DNA of 64,000 nucleotides from Eledone cirrhosa (Eukaryota), in the NCBI GenBank assembly GCA_964016885.1, contig OZ024751.1:32302001-32366000 (forward strand), in the 5' to 3' direction. The translations under genes and the position numbers were made by a program. Positions 39,336 to 55,989 of this stretch are shown piece after piece (the first letter of the stretch is position 1; every line of letters begins with the position of its first letter). The notes beneath the pieces were generated by a model. It was not told the DNA's origin, made no database searches, and saw only the letters and a program-made list of their open reading frames with translations.

Positions 39336-41216
39336 CTTACACGTGTATGAATCTCCTCTCTTGCTCTCTCTCTCATGGATATGTGAATAATATTAATACA
39401 TTATATTACGGTGAGCTAATCTTTAGAGTTGAAGTATTTTCTGTCTTTCAATAAAAGGGCCAACATTTAACATACAGTTTTCGTATATGGACGATACGTA
39501 GCAACTATGAGAGATCACAAGAAGTTAGTTGTTTCTTATTGTTGTTTAAATCCGGCTCAGTCTTGATCCAGAAAAACTGACTTTATCTTGAGTCGTTTGT
39601 GCACTCTTACTGATAAAATACACCGCTTACGTAAACTGAAACTATACTGCCCATGTAAGTACATGTGCGTCTATGTACTACACACACACACATACAAACA
39701 CACACACATATATATATATATATATGCCTGTGTGTGTGTTTATGTATATATATATGTATGTATATGTATATATGCTTGTAAGTGCATGAGTGCGATATAC
39801 GCGATCTACTTCATTTGTTTTTTGTTACATAAGTAAGAAATATGATAAGTTATACTTTGCCCTTATTATTTTTGTTTTACAAATTCTTTTATTACGTTTG
39901 AGTGTTTTGACCTGCGTTGACCTGTGGAGAAAGAAAGAGAATCCAGCGGTCAAGATGGCTATGAAGAGAAGCCGTGGGAAAACAATAAGAAAACATACTT
40001 CTTGAGACAACATCCTTAACTAGACGACCTTTTTATCTGCTCATGGCTGACTGTTCATCATATTTAGCTAAGTGGAGACGAACATATTTAATGTAGAGGG
40101 TGAAACAAAACATTTTAATTAACTAAAATTAAATTGGTAGGGAGGGGGCAATAGTCACCAGCTAAAAATAAATGAAGTCAAGGGAGATGATTCTGGAATT
40201 AAAATGATTTAAAAATAAAATAAATGGTGACATGATGTGTGTGTTTGTGTGTGTAGATGCATGCAAGGAATATGTTTGATATTTCGTACGTACAGTGACA
40301 ACCCCACCTCGTACACGTATCGATCTTATTAGAAATTCTTAGGAAAGCATATAATTTCTTTTTTATACGAGTACTGTCAACTCATTATAATGAATAAGAA
40401 ATATGAAAAACTTTCATCGATTCAACATTGACAAACGTGACAATACAGGTGTGTGTGGAGTGGGGATTGAAATTTCTCAGGGAGGCCTTCGTTACAAAAA
40501 ATGTATAGTCATGTAGGGACTAATATATTTAATATAAGGTAGCCTCCCCTTCATCAAATATTATTTAGTGTCATGTAAAAGATATTTTGTGATATTTTTA
40601 GTGAATGCTATTACTGATGTTGTTGTTGTTATTTTTATGTAGTCCTCGATCAGCTCTGCTCGTGCATATATGGCTACAGACACACTCTTTCTTTTTCTCC
40701 CCTCTCTTTCTCACACACACACACACTCTCTCTCTCAGTTTATCTCTCCGAATCAGCAACGTTGCGCCGTGAGAAGTGTTGGGATGAAATCACCCGCAGA
40801 ACTCATTTCACGAGAAATTGAGAAAGGTTGAGTACCTTATTCTCGACAAAAAGCCCCACCAAAAAAACTCTAATCTGCTACTAGTAACGCCTAAAGATTG
40901 TTCATCGTGCATTGGAGCGGGCAACGGAAATACAGTAGATATAAAGACAGATAATTGTAGATCGTGTTGTCTACCAGATACAGTGAAGTTTAGATTGATG
41001 AGAAGTAGATAGAGCGGTAGATATAGAGACAGAATGAGCAATAAATATAGATTTGAAGAAAAATACATCGACAGAGAGATATCAAATTTGACAGATGTAG
41101 ACCTATAAATGATGGTAGATAGCTACAGTGGTTGGCATTTAAAATCAAAATACACGTCTAGATCAATCGATAGATAGTTGTGTGATTGTGTGTGTATGTG
41201 TGTGTGTGTGTGCGTG

Positions 41217-41290
<74 letters not shown>

Positions 41291-41358
41291 TGTATATATG
41301 TATGTATATATACATATATGTATGTATATGTATATACATATATATATATATATATACG

Positions 41359-41390
<32 letters not shown>

Positions 41391-41860
41391 ACAGTGAATA
41401 CATAAAATTAATAGCACGAAAATAACGACACTTTAGACATGATAAGATAAGGGGTATTGTTATAGGTTTCATGCTCTGGGTAGTTGGAAGTATTTGAGAG
41501 AACTTTCAGACGTAGGCCCTTCATTGGAAAATAGATGAAGAATATAAGTGTAAAACAATAAAAAAGAAAGAAAAAGAAAACAGGATAATGGAAATAATTT
41601 ATAAATTTGTGAATATTCCATCAGCGCCATGTATATATATATATGTATATATATATAAAATTACAACACTCACATAAACAGGTATTCAAGTTTAGCTGGG
41701 GCTCAGAACCCAACGAAACTTTAGAATCTGTTTGTAATTATTTATACTAAACTCGTCATATGGACTGAGTGTTCTTACTCTTGGATATTTCCACTTAACC
41801 TTTACTTCAATATCAGTATATATATATATATATATTATGGAATACTGTTGGCTTCTTGCT

Positions 41861-41897
<37 letters not shown>

Positions 41898-41906
41898 TAT
41901 ATATAT

Positions 41907-43457
41907 AGAATTATATATATATAGAATTATATATATATATAGAATTATATATATATATATAGAATTATATATATATATATAGAATTATATATATATATAT
42001 AGAATTATATATATATATATAGAATTATATATATATATATAGAATTATATATATATATATAGAATTATATATATATATATAGAATTATATATATATATAT
42101 AGAATTATATATATATATATATAGAATTATATATATATATATATATAGAATTATATATATATATATATAGAATTATATATATATATATATAGAATTATAT
42201 ATATATATATATAGAATTATATATATATATATATAGAATTATATATATATATATATATAGAATTATATATATATATATATAGAATTATATATATATATAT
42301 ATAGAATTATATATATATATATATAGAATTATATATATATATATATAGAATTATATATATATATATATATAGAATTATATATATATATATATATAGAATT
42401 ATATATATATATATATATATAGAATTATATATATATATATATAGAATTATATATATATATATATAGAATTATATATATATATATATAGAATTATATATAT
42501 ATATATATATAGAATTATATATATATATATAGAATTATATATATATATATAGAATTATATATATATATATAGAATTATATATATATATATAGAATTATAT
42601 ATATATATATAGAATTATATATATATATATAGAATTATATATATATATATAGAATTATATATATATATATAGAATTATATATATATATATAGATTATATA
42701 TATATATATAGAGAATTATATATATATATAGAGAGAATTATATATATATATAGAGAGAATTATATATATATATATAGAATTATATATATATATATAGAAT
42801 TATATATATATATATAGAATTATATATATATATATAGAATTATATATATATATATATATAGAATTATATATATATATATATATATAGAATTATATATATA
42901 TATAGAGAGAATTATATATATATATATAGAGAATTATATATATATATATAGAGAATTATATATATATATATAGAGAATTATATATATATATATATATAGA
43001 ATTATATATATATATATAGAGAATTATATATATATATATATATAGAATTATATATATATATATATAGAATTATATATATATATATATAGAATTATATATA
43101 TATATATATAGAATTATATATATATATATATAGAATTATATATATATATAGAGAATTATATATATATATAGAGAATTATATATATATATAGAGAATTATA
43201 TATATATATAGAGAATTATATATATATATAGAGAATTATATATATATATAGAGAATTATATATATATAGAATTATATATATATATATATAGAATTATATA
43301 TATATATATAGAATTATATATATATATATAGAATTATATATATATATATAGAATTATATATATATATATAGAATTATATATATATATATAGAATTATATA
43401 TATATAGAGAATTATATATATATAGAGAGAATTATATATATATAGAATTATATATAT
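41907..43457. repeat. Minisatellite [AGAATT(AT)n], unit mostly ~20-24 bp
   Basis: Directly visible, ~1.55 kb; the AGAGAATT variant appears only in the right half. Confidence 0.95.
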
Positions 43458-44286
43458 GTGTGTGTGCGTGTGTGTATTCACCTTTATGAAGTTAAGTAAT
43501 AATTAAGTGACTAAAATAAATCATTACCACAAAAAAAAAAGAAAAGTTGTGCAACAGCAGTAAACAAATTTATAAATAACTTAGGAGACAATAACAACTT
43601 CAGCACAAACACCATCACCATCGTCACCCACACACCACAATTATTATTATCACCACCACCCAAATCACACCGCACCCCTACACCACCATCATGATCGTCA
43701 TCACTATCACATCAGCCCCGCATCATCCCTATATTTACCACCTAAACCACCCATCACCATCCTTATCACCCATGCACCCTCCACTCCATCACCATCACCA
43801 CACGGCACCAAGACCCTCCACCCACGCTGCTATTACTATTAATGATTTAAACGATATTGGAAAGGAAACATGTCAATAGAACCACTTCCTGTTGTTGATG
43901 ATGATTATTTATTTAAATGGATGCTTGAAGTGTTGTTGTGTAACCTCTTGTCTCTTTTGTTGTTGTTGGTGTTGTTGTTGTTGTTGTTGGTGATGATGAT
44001 ACTGTAGTAGTTGTTGTTTTTGTTGATTTTGTTGTTGTTGTTGTTGTTGTCAGTGGTATTGTTGGTAGTGGTGTTGGTGATGATGATGATACTGTTGGTA
44101 ATAGTGATGTTGCTGATGTTGATATTATTGATAGCTGTGATAGTGATCAAATGATGATGATTAATTTTCTAAATGGACGTTGTTTTTATTATTAATGTTG
44201 TAAACAGTAAACACGCCTTGTAAACAATTTTATTTGGTTAATAATTTTATATTACACAATAATGGTATGAGGCTTAAATAATATTA

Positions 44287-44950
44287 AGAATAACAATAAT
44301 AATGATTTCTAGTATAGGCCCAAGGCCAGTAATTTGGGGGGAGAGGAAAGTCGATTAAATCGACCCCACTACGTTACTGGTACTTTATTTTATCGACCTT
44401 GTAAGGATGAAAGGCAAAGTTAACTCAGGCCGTAAAGGGCCGTAACCCTTTGCTGCAAAGCGTGGTGTCCGACACTCAACCGATACTGCCAATCCACCGC
44501 CCTTGGCGGAAGAATAACAATAATAATGATTTCTGATTTAGGCACAAGGCCAACATTTTGGGGGAGGGGAATGTCGATTAAATCGATCTCTGTCCATTAC
44601 TTGTACATTATTTCATCAACCCCACAAGGACGAAAGACAAAGCTAGCTCAGAATAACAATAATAATAAAGGTTTATAATTTAAGCATAAGGCCAGTGTTT
44701 GTGGTGAAGGAAAATTTACTTATATCGACTCCAGAAGGATGAAAATCAAAGTTAACCTCAATGGGATGTGATCTGAGAAGTCAAAGGACTGAAACAAAGA
44801 CTACAAAACATTTCGTTCGAGGCTCAAACGATTCTGTCAATCAATGGATGTGCTTTAATCGATTAAATCGGTTTCAACACTGATACTATATTTTGTCTAC
44901 CCAAGGTGGGTGTAAGGGTCATTTGAACTAACAAACGGCAGGATTTGAGC
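44287..44950 (-). mobile_element. Head-to-tail cluster of 3-4 SINE copies
   Basis: Units 44287-44502, 44511-44649 and 44650-44842 each start with AGAATAACAATAATAAT and carry the SINE 3' end and core; a fourth degenerate unit lies at ~44855-44950. Confidence 0.75.
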
Positions 44951-45006
44951 TAAAAATTATGCTTTTTTTCTTGATGTCGATAACACGTATCAGGAAATGA
45001 GAACAA

Positions 45007-45158
45007 AGGCAAGGTGTCAAACACATTTGTTTGATTACCTATAATGATTGTCACACAGAGGCAGGGTGTTAAACTCTCGTGTTTGATTACCTATAATGAT
45101 TGTCACACAGAGGCAGGGTGTTAAACTCTCGTGTTTGATTACCTATAATGATTGTCAC
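45007..45158. repeat. 52-bp tandem repeat, about 3 units
   Basis: TGTTTGATTACCTATAATGATTGTCAC at 45028, 45080 and 45132. Confidence 0.92.
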
Positions 45159-46106
45159 TGAGTAGGTCATATAAAGTCCACTAATTCTTTTAGTTAACGA
45201 TATTAGGTCAGTCTCTTTATCACACGGAGAACAATGAACACTACATAACAACTTGGCCATCTGCTGTAGATATTCAGTGTCTTCTCAATTCTGCTTTCGT
45301 ATTGACGTGTACATATATATATATGTGTGTATGTCTGTGTGAGTGTTTGAGTGTGTGTGTGTGTGAGTATGTTTTTCTTTATGGGGCTGTTTGTGTGTAT
45401 ATTTGTTTGTGTGTATATGTGTTTACGTGTATGTGAATTAATGTGTTGTGTGCTGTTTTTTGTTTAGTCCCTTCTTTCATTTTCTAGAGTATAACCAGAA
45501 CTAGATAAGCTAATATTTTTTGCCAGTTTTTCATTTGTTGTTTAACAGGCAGCGGAAGGGTAATTTTGAGAAGATTTAACTGAATTTTCTAGCAGATCAA
45601 GTAACCATTTAGAGGTTTCCTCTGTGTGTGCATGTGTGAGTGTGTAGTAGTCTGTATGTGTGAGTATGTCTATGTGTGAGTATGTCTATGTGTGAGGGTG
45701 AGTATGTGTGAGTACGTACGTAGGTGTTGGTTTGTCTATTTATACAAAGACCAGACGATTAAAAATCACATAAAACCCAACATAAAAAACGGGAGCTTTC
45801 TCTCATTGCCGAAACTTGACGGTCATAAAAATATTCCATCGAAACCGAATCGTTTCTTAGAATCCAAAGTTCTTCTAGGTTTTGCCAATCAAAAACCTAC
45901 AGAGGAAACGTGATCACACAGCATGTAAAATGTGTTTATATGGGAAAATAAAACTCGGGGAAATTTCCTTCAGTTGGGATTAATATTATTAAAAAAAAGT
46001 TTCGTTTCTAAGGTTTTGTTTGCGATTGGAAACGATCAAAGGTTTTTCTACAGGATTCTCGTAATATTTTTGTATGAGCAACACATTTAATGTTCTTCAG
46101 TGTAGG

Positions 46107-47217
<1,111 letters not shown>

Positions 47218-47588
47218 GTCGGTCAGTCAATGGCAACATTGAGGACCGAGTAAGTTAGATCGCAGATATAAAAGACAGCGAGAAGCGAAAACCAACCAAA
47301 CAGTGAGTGTGTTCTGTTATTAATTCTGGCAATATTACGCAAATATGACCCTCCCCAAGTATAATATATATATATACATATATATATACAGAGCGAGAGA
47401 GAGAGAATATGCGAACGTATATGTTTGGATATGTGTATATGTGATTGTATATATCTATCCATGTTTCTATCCATCTCCTTACCTATACTTACCTATACTT
47501 CAATTTATGTGTGCATACATGTATGTGTGTATGCGTATATTTGTATATATATATGCGAGTCCACGAATGTATAATTCACACACAGAGA

Positions 47589-47646
<58 letters not shown>

Positions 47647-47712
47647 GAAGAGAGAAGAAACATTTAGATATAATTAGTAATAAAATGTATCATACCTAAA
47701 CTGCTTCTAAAT

Positions 47713-47802
47713 TCCTCGACTACGTAGTTTCGTGGCATAAACAAAAACAATATATCATAAAGATATAGAGTCCTTGCGAGGTCTGCCGACTTATCAAGAG
47801 GA
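47713..47802 (-). ncRNA. Type I hammerhead ribozyme, U3:A8 core variant
   Basis: TCCTC-TTGATAA-GTcGGCA...TGCCAC-GAAA-CTACGTAG-TC-GAGGA. Confidence 0.72.
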
Positions 47803-48307
47803 TACCTCATTTTACTAGTCTCAAGAACGCGTCTACACGACGTGAGAAAGAATCCCAAAAGGCGGAGGGGGAGATAGTCACGCGATATAACGGTCGAGAA
47901 ACAGAGCTAAGCCTCTTATAACCCCGAATAAAATACCACGGAGGCGGAGGGGGTATTTATATCGAGGCCGTAGAAGAGGTGGTGAAGGGGGCGAGAAGTA
48001 TGAGTAATGGAAGCTTTCCAGCTGTCCCCACACTTCAAAGATTGCTCGACCAGAGGGAGTTATTAACAATATATTTAGAAACACACAGATACATGCGGAC
48101 ACACACATATATACATGAATGCATCCGCAGCCAACTGTGAGTTAAGGGTGCCAACTTCACCGATGTTGCTCAATGAATGACTGGGACAGACCAATTCAGT
48201 TGAACTAGACTGAACCAGTATCAGAGTTAAAAATACATTATGAAGAGAGAAGAAACATTTAGATATAATTAGTAATAAAATGTATCATACCTAAACTGCT
48301 TCTAAAT

Positions 48308-48397
48308 TCCTCGACAACGTAGTTTCGTGGCATAAACAAAAACAATATATCATAAAGATATAGAGTCCTTGCGAGGTCTGCCGACTTATCAAGAGGA
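48308..48397 (-). ncRNA. Type I hammerhead ribozyme, U3:A8 core variant (one stem III mismatch)
   Basis: As 47713-47802 but stem III reads CTACGTTG. Confidence 0.68.
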
Positions 48398-49055
48398 TAC
48401 CTCATTTTACTAGTCTCAAGAACGCGTCTACACGACGTGAGAAAGAATCCCAAAAGGCGGAGGGGGAGATAGTCACGCGATATAACGGTCGAGAAACAGT
48501 TATATATATATAAATGATATATTCACAGCAGGATCGCGTTTGATCATAGGTCTCACAAATAACCGATGACACAGGGCTTAACAAAAAAGTAAGAAACCTT
48601 AAAGGTCGTCCCCAGTATAGAAGATAAGACAGGGATAGAAACCTTAACCAAAAATTGTTATCTTACAGTTGAGAGTATGAATGTCTTACACATCTCAAAT
48701 TTCCTCTGTATTTTACCAACACTTTTTCCCACGCATTCATCTATTCCCTATATTTATCACTGAGTAATCTATTAATCCATAAAGATAGTCTTCATAAATA
48801 TCATCACATACGCCAACACATACAGTCACACATACAAATATACACATATATTAAATATATATTATATGTACATATATACATGCATTAGGAAATTTGAGAA
48901 AGAACGCTAAATACTATGAAGTACACGTATACCATATATATATATATATATAAAACATGAGAAGAAAGAAGAATACTGCGTGGTTGCACATGGGTTACAT
49001 ATGATAAAAATAGTCCTTCGTCAGTGATTTTCCAACCATCATTGGTATTTCATCG

Positions 49056-49070
49056 CATATATATACATAC

Positions 49071-49116
<46 letters not shown>

Positions 49117-49119
49117 GTG

Positions 49120-49160
<41 letters not shown>

Positions 49161-49172
49161 TGTATATATATG

Positions 49173-49232
<60 letters not shown>

Positions 49233-49851
49233 GTATATATATGTATGTGTATATATATATATATATAATATATATGTATATATATGTATGTGTATATATA
49301 TATAAATATATATAATATATATGTATATATATGTATGTGTATATATATATAAATATATATAATATATATGTATATATATGTATGTGTATATATATATATA
49401 AATATATATAATATATATGTATATATATGTATGTGTGTATATATATATATAAATATATATAATATATATGTATATATATGTATGTGTATATATATATATA
49501 AATATATATAATATATATGTATATATATGTATGTGTATATATATATATAAATATATATAATATATATGTATATATATGTATGTGTATATATATATATAAA
49601 TATATATAATATATATATGTATGTGTATATATATATATAAATATATATATAATATATGTATGTATGTATATATATATGCATATATATATATAATATATAT
49701 ATGTATGTATATATATATACATATATATATATAATATATATATGTATGTATATATATATATATAATATATATATATATATATGTATGTATATATATATAT
49801 ATAATATATATATATATATATGTATGTATATATATATATATATATATATAC
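49056..49851. repeat. (TA)n array with a higher-order unit (AAATATATATAATATATATGTATATATATGTATGTG)
   Basis: Directly visible. Confidence 0.9.
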
Positions 49852-50218
49852 AAAATTGAAATGTATACAATTTACTACACACTCACACACACACACCACA
49901 TAAACATATGCATGTTCATACACGCACAGGCATACTTTCATTCACACGCGCACCCCCCGCCCCTCATACCACATTCACACGCACTTCGCTCCAACCAAGA
50001 TAAATGCGTGTTGTGGATTTTCAAAGGATTTCCAGCTAATACAACCGTTTGATAAGCTGTTATAAGATTTCCTGAGTAAGGTTACAAGCCAAGTTAACCA
50101 AATATTAATTGAAGAATGTACAAGCTAACGTACAAGCCGTCTTCATTACAATGTTCAGCATGTTGTTTATTTATTAAGTTATCGTAAGAAATTTGTGTAT
50201 GTATTTGTGCTGCGGTAC

Positions 50219-50387
50219 AGGCGACGAATTGGTAAAGTCGTTAGAACATCGGATAGAATAGAATGCTTTGCGGTATTTGTTACGGCTCTCTACTCTTTGA
50301 GTTCAAATCCCGCCGCGGTCAACGTTACCTTTCACCCATTCCAGGTCGATAAAAAAAATATGAATCTAGGTAGTACTGGGCTCGATT
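50219..50387 (+). mobile_element. Diverged SINE copy
   Basis: GGCGACGAATTGGTAAAGTCG...GAGTTCAAATCCCGCCGCGGTCAAC...GGTCGATAAAA. Confidence 0.75.
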
Positions 50388-50766
50388 CTTCCTGTATATC
50401 TCTTTCTCACTTCCACTCTATCACTTTCTATCCTTCCCTGGAAGAAATCTGCTGTATTCTGACCCGGAGTGGAAATGGTCTCCACTAGATTTACAAAGGG
50501 CCCTAGAAACACTGTATGTCAGTCAATACGGTGCCCCTACAACTCTCTCGGGAGTTACAGGACCATACATACATTGGAGCTGCGAGATGTTTATGTTGAA
50601 ATAGATACTGTTGTACTTTGGTAGGGTCATACTGCCAATAAATTAATAAATAAACACATGCATTAATTGTGTTTTAACTTCAGTTATATTAATCAAATAT
50701 ATAATTAATTGATTGAATAATCAATCGATTAATTGGTTTGCCAAATTTCCTGAATGTTATCGATGA

Positions 50767-50804
<38 letters not shown>

Positions 50805-50973
50805 AGAGAGAGAGAGAGAGAGAGAGTGAGAGAGAGAGAGAGTGTTTTAAATATTTGTGAAATTATTTCCGAACAAATGTGAGTGTGTGATAGTATGGTA
50901 TAATATAATATACAATATATGTATATAGTATAATATAATATAATATAAATAATATAACATTACACACACACAT

Positions 50974-51052
<79 letters not shown>

Positions 51053-51428
51053 TATACAACATAAAAACATTGGTCGTCTGTTTTTGTCCTTGCTGTTTCT
51101 CTAATGTAAATAAGAAAAGTGTATGGTTGTTCGTATAAATTTGTGTGTGTGTGTGTCTACTTGTATGTGTATGTGTGTGTCTGCTTGTATGTGTATGTGT
51201 GTGTCTACTTGTATGTGTGTCTACTTGTACTTCAGCTTCTACATACATACAATATATAAATTAACACAACATATACACACAAACAATATATACACTAATA
51301 TGGCTTATAGACAATATATACACTTACATATTGTATATGTTTTTTCTTCAATGTTTGTATTTCTTATTTCAGTATTATGTTCTCTTTTGAATCTATTTAA
51401 GTTTTGACACACACTAAACAGACACACC

Positions 51429-51459
<31 letters not shown>

Positions 51460-51495
51460 TATACATACATATACATATATATATATAAACAATAC

Positions 51496-51529
<34 letters not shown>

Positions 51530-51553
51530 AAACATACATATATATATATACAT

Positions 51554-51612
<59 letters not shown>

Positions 51613-51622
51613 ATATATACAC

Positions 51623-51681
<59 letters not shown>

Positions 51682-51688
51682 TATACAT

Positions 51689-51764
<76 letters not shown>

Positions 51765-53302
51765 CTTTTTACCAACTGTTAGCTGACATTTTTGGAGAAA
51801 AAAAAGAAACAATTGGTGCTTTGCCTTTTTGCTATAAATAAAACAGCACACAGAAGACACACACATACACATACACATACACACACATATATATATATAT
51901 ATGCGTGTGTGTGTCTGTATAGACAGACTACATACACCCATACACATCTTTAACTCTTGATCAACAGCCGTCCCCAACTAAGTCTTCCCCTCTTCACTTT
52001 TTTCCAACATTTACATACAAGAAATATAGAATATATGTATATATATATATATATGTATATATACACAGCAAGTATATACAACCACACAACACTCCCTTCA
52101 TAACCCTTACCGCACCCTCACCCTCAACAAAAAATACGTGCAAGAAACCCCTAAGTAAATTTGCTTGCTCCCTTTCATATTTAAACAACAACAACAACAA
52201 CAACAACAAGTGTGATAACAGCAGAAGTCCTAAAAGGAAAAAAAATTCTCCCTTCCTCCTCCATATACGACAAAATCCATTCCCCCTTTGCTCCTTTCTC
52301 AATAATCCTTTCCTTTTAAAATCACACAACAACAACAAAAACGTTAACAAATACTAAAACAACAAAGACATTAACAAACACTACAACAACAACAACAACA
52401 ACAACAACAATATAAATAAGTGCCTAGGATTTTTTTTATTTAGAAACCGGTGATGGGTTGGCGGATTATTCTTGCACCTGTGGTTTTAGACTAGTAATGT
52501 TAAGGTTTTCATTCTTTACTTGTTTTCTCCCTCTTTCACTCTCTTACATATGTATGTATGTATGTATGTATGTATACATATGTATGCATGTATGTATATA
52601 TATATATGTGTATATATATATATCTTTCTCTCTCTCCCTCTCGGAGTTTCTCTTTTTTTTCTCCCTATAGCGAAACATCAGTCGTGTCATTGGTTATTTT
52701 CTTACTTATGGCTTCCAATATATATTCCCCCATGTCAACTCCTAAGAACCGCCATTCTTTCTCTATTCTATCCCCACTTACCCAGTCAATCTATCCCCCC
52801 CCCTCGTTCTCCCTCTCTTTGTCTGTCGATATGTCTATCTGTCTGTCTTTCTCGATATCTCTCTTTTACTCTCTTACTGGTTACAGCAAAATGGATGTGG
52901 CCATGCTGCAGCACCACCATGATGGTCTATTTTATTTCTACTGTTTAGTCAAATTAAGAAAGGGCCTATAACCCTTTATAGGGCACTTGAAACTATTGGG
53001 AGGGAGAGAAGTACCCCCAAACTGAGCCCCTGGCCATAATCCCTGCAACTGAGTGGACTCTGTTAATGACGTCGAGCCGTGTGTTCATTACTTGAGGAAT
53101 AAAGGTGTTGGATGCATTTCTTTCTTCTGTCGTGTGGTATCGGTGCTAAGAGTGGACTGTCACTGCATGGTACTGCCCCACCACCTCACTACTGTTACTT
53201 TTCAAAGGTGCGCGTTAAGATTTAGAAAAGTTTACGGTAATATGCCCATTTGGAAATTTCGCCTTAGAATTATTGCCCTCCCAGAAAGTTCCAGCGACAG
53301 GC

Positions 53303-53487
53303 TTGCTGCCGAAGCAACTCCTTCACCACATCCTACCACTCGAACAGCAAACCCGGCAACAGCCTTGCTGCCGAAGCACTCCCTCAACCTCACCACCCGA
53401 GTAACAAACCCGGTGTCACACCTGCTGCCGAAACAACCCCTCAACCTCACCACCCGAGTATCAAGCCCGGCGTCACACCTGCTGCCG
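53303..53487 (+). repeat. GC-rich 57-bp minisatellite (3+ units)
   Basis: TGCTGCCG recurs at ~53304, 53366, 53423 and 53480. Confidence 0.85.
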
Positions 53488-53756
53488 TGAAGTATATCCA
53501 TTAGGATTGTACACAGAAGGTGGAAGTTTTGGAATGAGGCAAAGGCAATGCAAGACACAGAGTGTAAATTATTTATTTGTGTGTGAAGAGTCAGAAAAGT
53601 TGGTTTTTCAGGTTAGCACGGAATGAATCTATGCTACAACCTTCAATTTATGAATTCTGACTCTCGTCTAAGTTGGCAGACGGCATAATATAATATAAAC
53701 AATTACCCCCTCCACAAACACACTCATACACACACACACATATGTATATATATACA

Positions 53757-53921
<165 letters not shown>

Positions 53922-54269
53922 TACACATAGGCTTGAATTTAACATGATCTGCCGAATAGTGTGTGCATTCCGTGTCTTAACAGAAATAGAGCAAGTGTTT
54001 TATACGTCAACTATTTTTGTCGTTATTGTTGTTGTTGTTGTTGTATTAACTGTAGTTATTGTGGCTGCTGGTCCTGCAATTGTTAGTTATCTTTAATAAG
54101 ACTACTGCTGTTATTGCACCTATTGCACTTCCTAATAATCATCACTGTTGAACTCTTCCCCTCCCCTTCTCTCACTCTCCCACTATCACTCTGCCGTCAA
54201 CCACTATCTCATCTTTACTTTCTCCCTTTCCTTACCCTATACACTAAGACCACACAGCATATAAAAACT

Positions 54270-54700
54270 ATGATGTAATTTGAGGCCGATTTGGCTGCCA
54301 TTCTAGTCTGTCTAGTGGTTACACAAAACTTCCTTCCTTTAGTCAAATGAAAACAGAAAAGAATGGTTTCTTAAAGTTCAGAAGACATTAGCAATGTGGC
54401 GGCAAGTTGATATTACTTCAGTTTTTATTTTCGTGGCGGGTGGGAGTTTATGAAGAACGGGTGTAGAATTATAATGAGAGTGGTGATATGAGGGACATTT
54501 ATCTGTTATTTCAAGCAGACCTATTGTTAAAGGCTTTTCAACTGTGACCCTCTGATCTTTTATGTTAAGACATCGTGTAGCCAGGACGACATTTTGAAAT
54601 AATTTCCTTCAAATATTCTAAAACTCTAAAGTGTGACAGGAAGGAGTTTTAGTTGCTATTTCTGTCACGTTGAGCGAGCGTATAAAGGGTTCGTTTGTTT
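54270..54700 (+). repeat. Old dispersed repeat fragments (GATTTGGCTGCTATTTCTAG-like motif)
   Basis: Degenerate motif recurs at ~23175, 45575, 54290, 54495 and 54650. Confidence 0.4.
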
Positions 54701-54942
54701 AGGTTTGGTGCACGAAGATTAAGGAACTTTACATGTTGCTACAGTAAATCATGTCAACAAAATATGGTGACCATGTCTGTTTATTTTAGACTGAGTTTGC
54801 TAAACTTCACTAACATCACACTCCATATTGAATATCACACTTTCTGCTGATCACTAAAGTTTCATACTTTTGTTTAGTCTCTCTTTTTGCCTTCCTTTCT
54901 TCGCTCTTCATACAAAAACACAAGCACATAAGCCCCCTCCCC

Positions 54943-55885
<943 letters not shown>

Positions 55886-55989
55886 CGCGTGTCCCCCTGT
55901 TTCTTTTCAAAGCCAATTAAGGAATACAAACCAAGTAGACTGAACATAATAAACAATACCCTCGACATTCGACATTGTCAAATGATAAT

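Larger units (their letters stand above)
47645..48499 (-). mobile_element. Retrozyme-like / non-autonomous PLE: 260-bp direct repeats (47645-47904, 48240-48499), each with a hammerhead
   Basis: Repeats differ at one base (47721/48316); period 595 bp; no meaningful ORF; TA-repeat flanks. Confidence 0.8.

Noticed and set aside
41907-43457. Regularly spaced repeat superficially like a CRISPR array
   Set aside because: Intervening sequence is just (AT)n, with no unique spacers and no cas genes, in a eukaryotic context.
45007-45158. 52-bp repeat as CRISPR-like
   Set aside because: The whole unit is repeated, so putative spacers are identical; a simple tandem duplication.
47664-48453. Duplicated 64-aa ORF
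   Set aside because: Overlaps the ribozyme, lacks an ATG start and has no recognisable homology; identity reflects the recent direct repeat.
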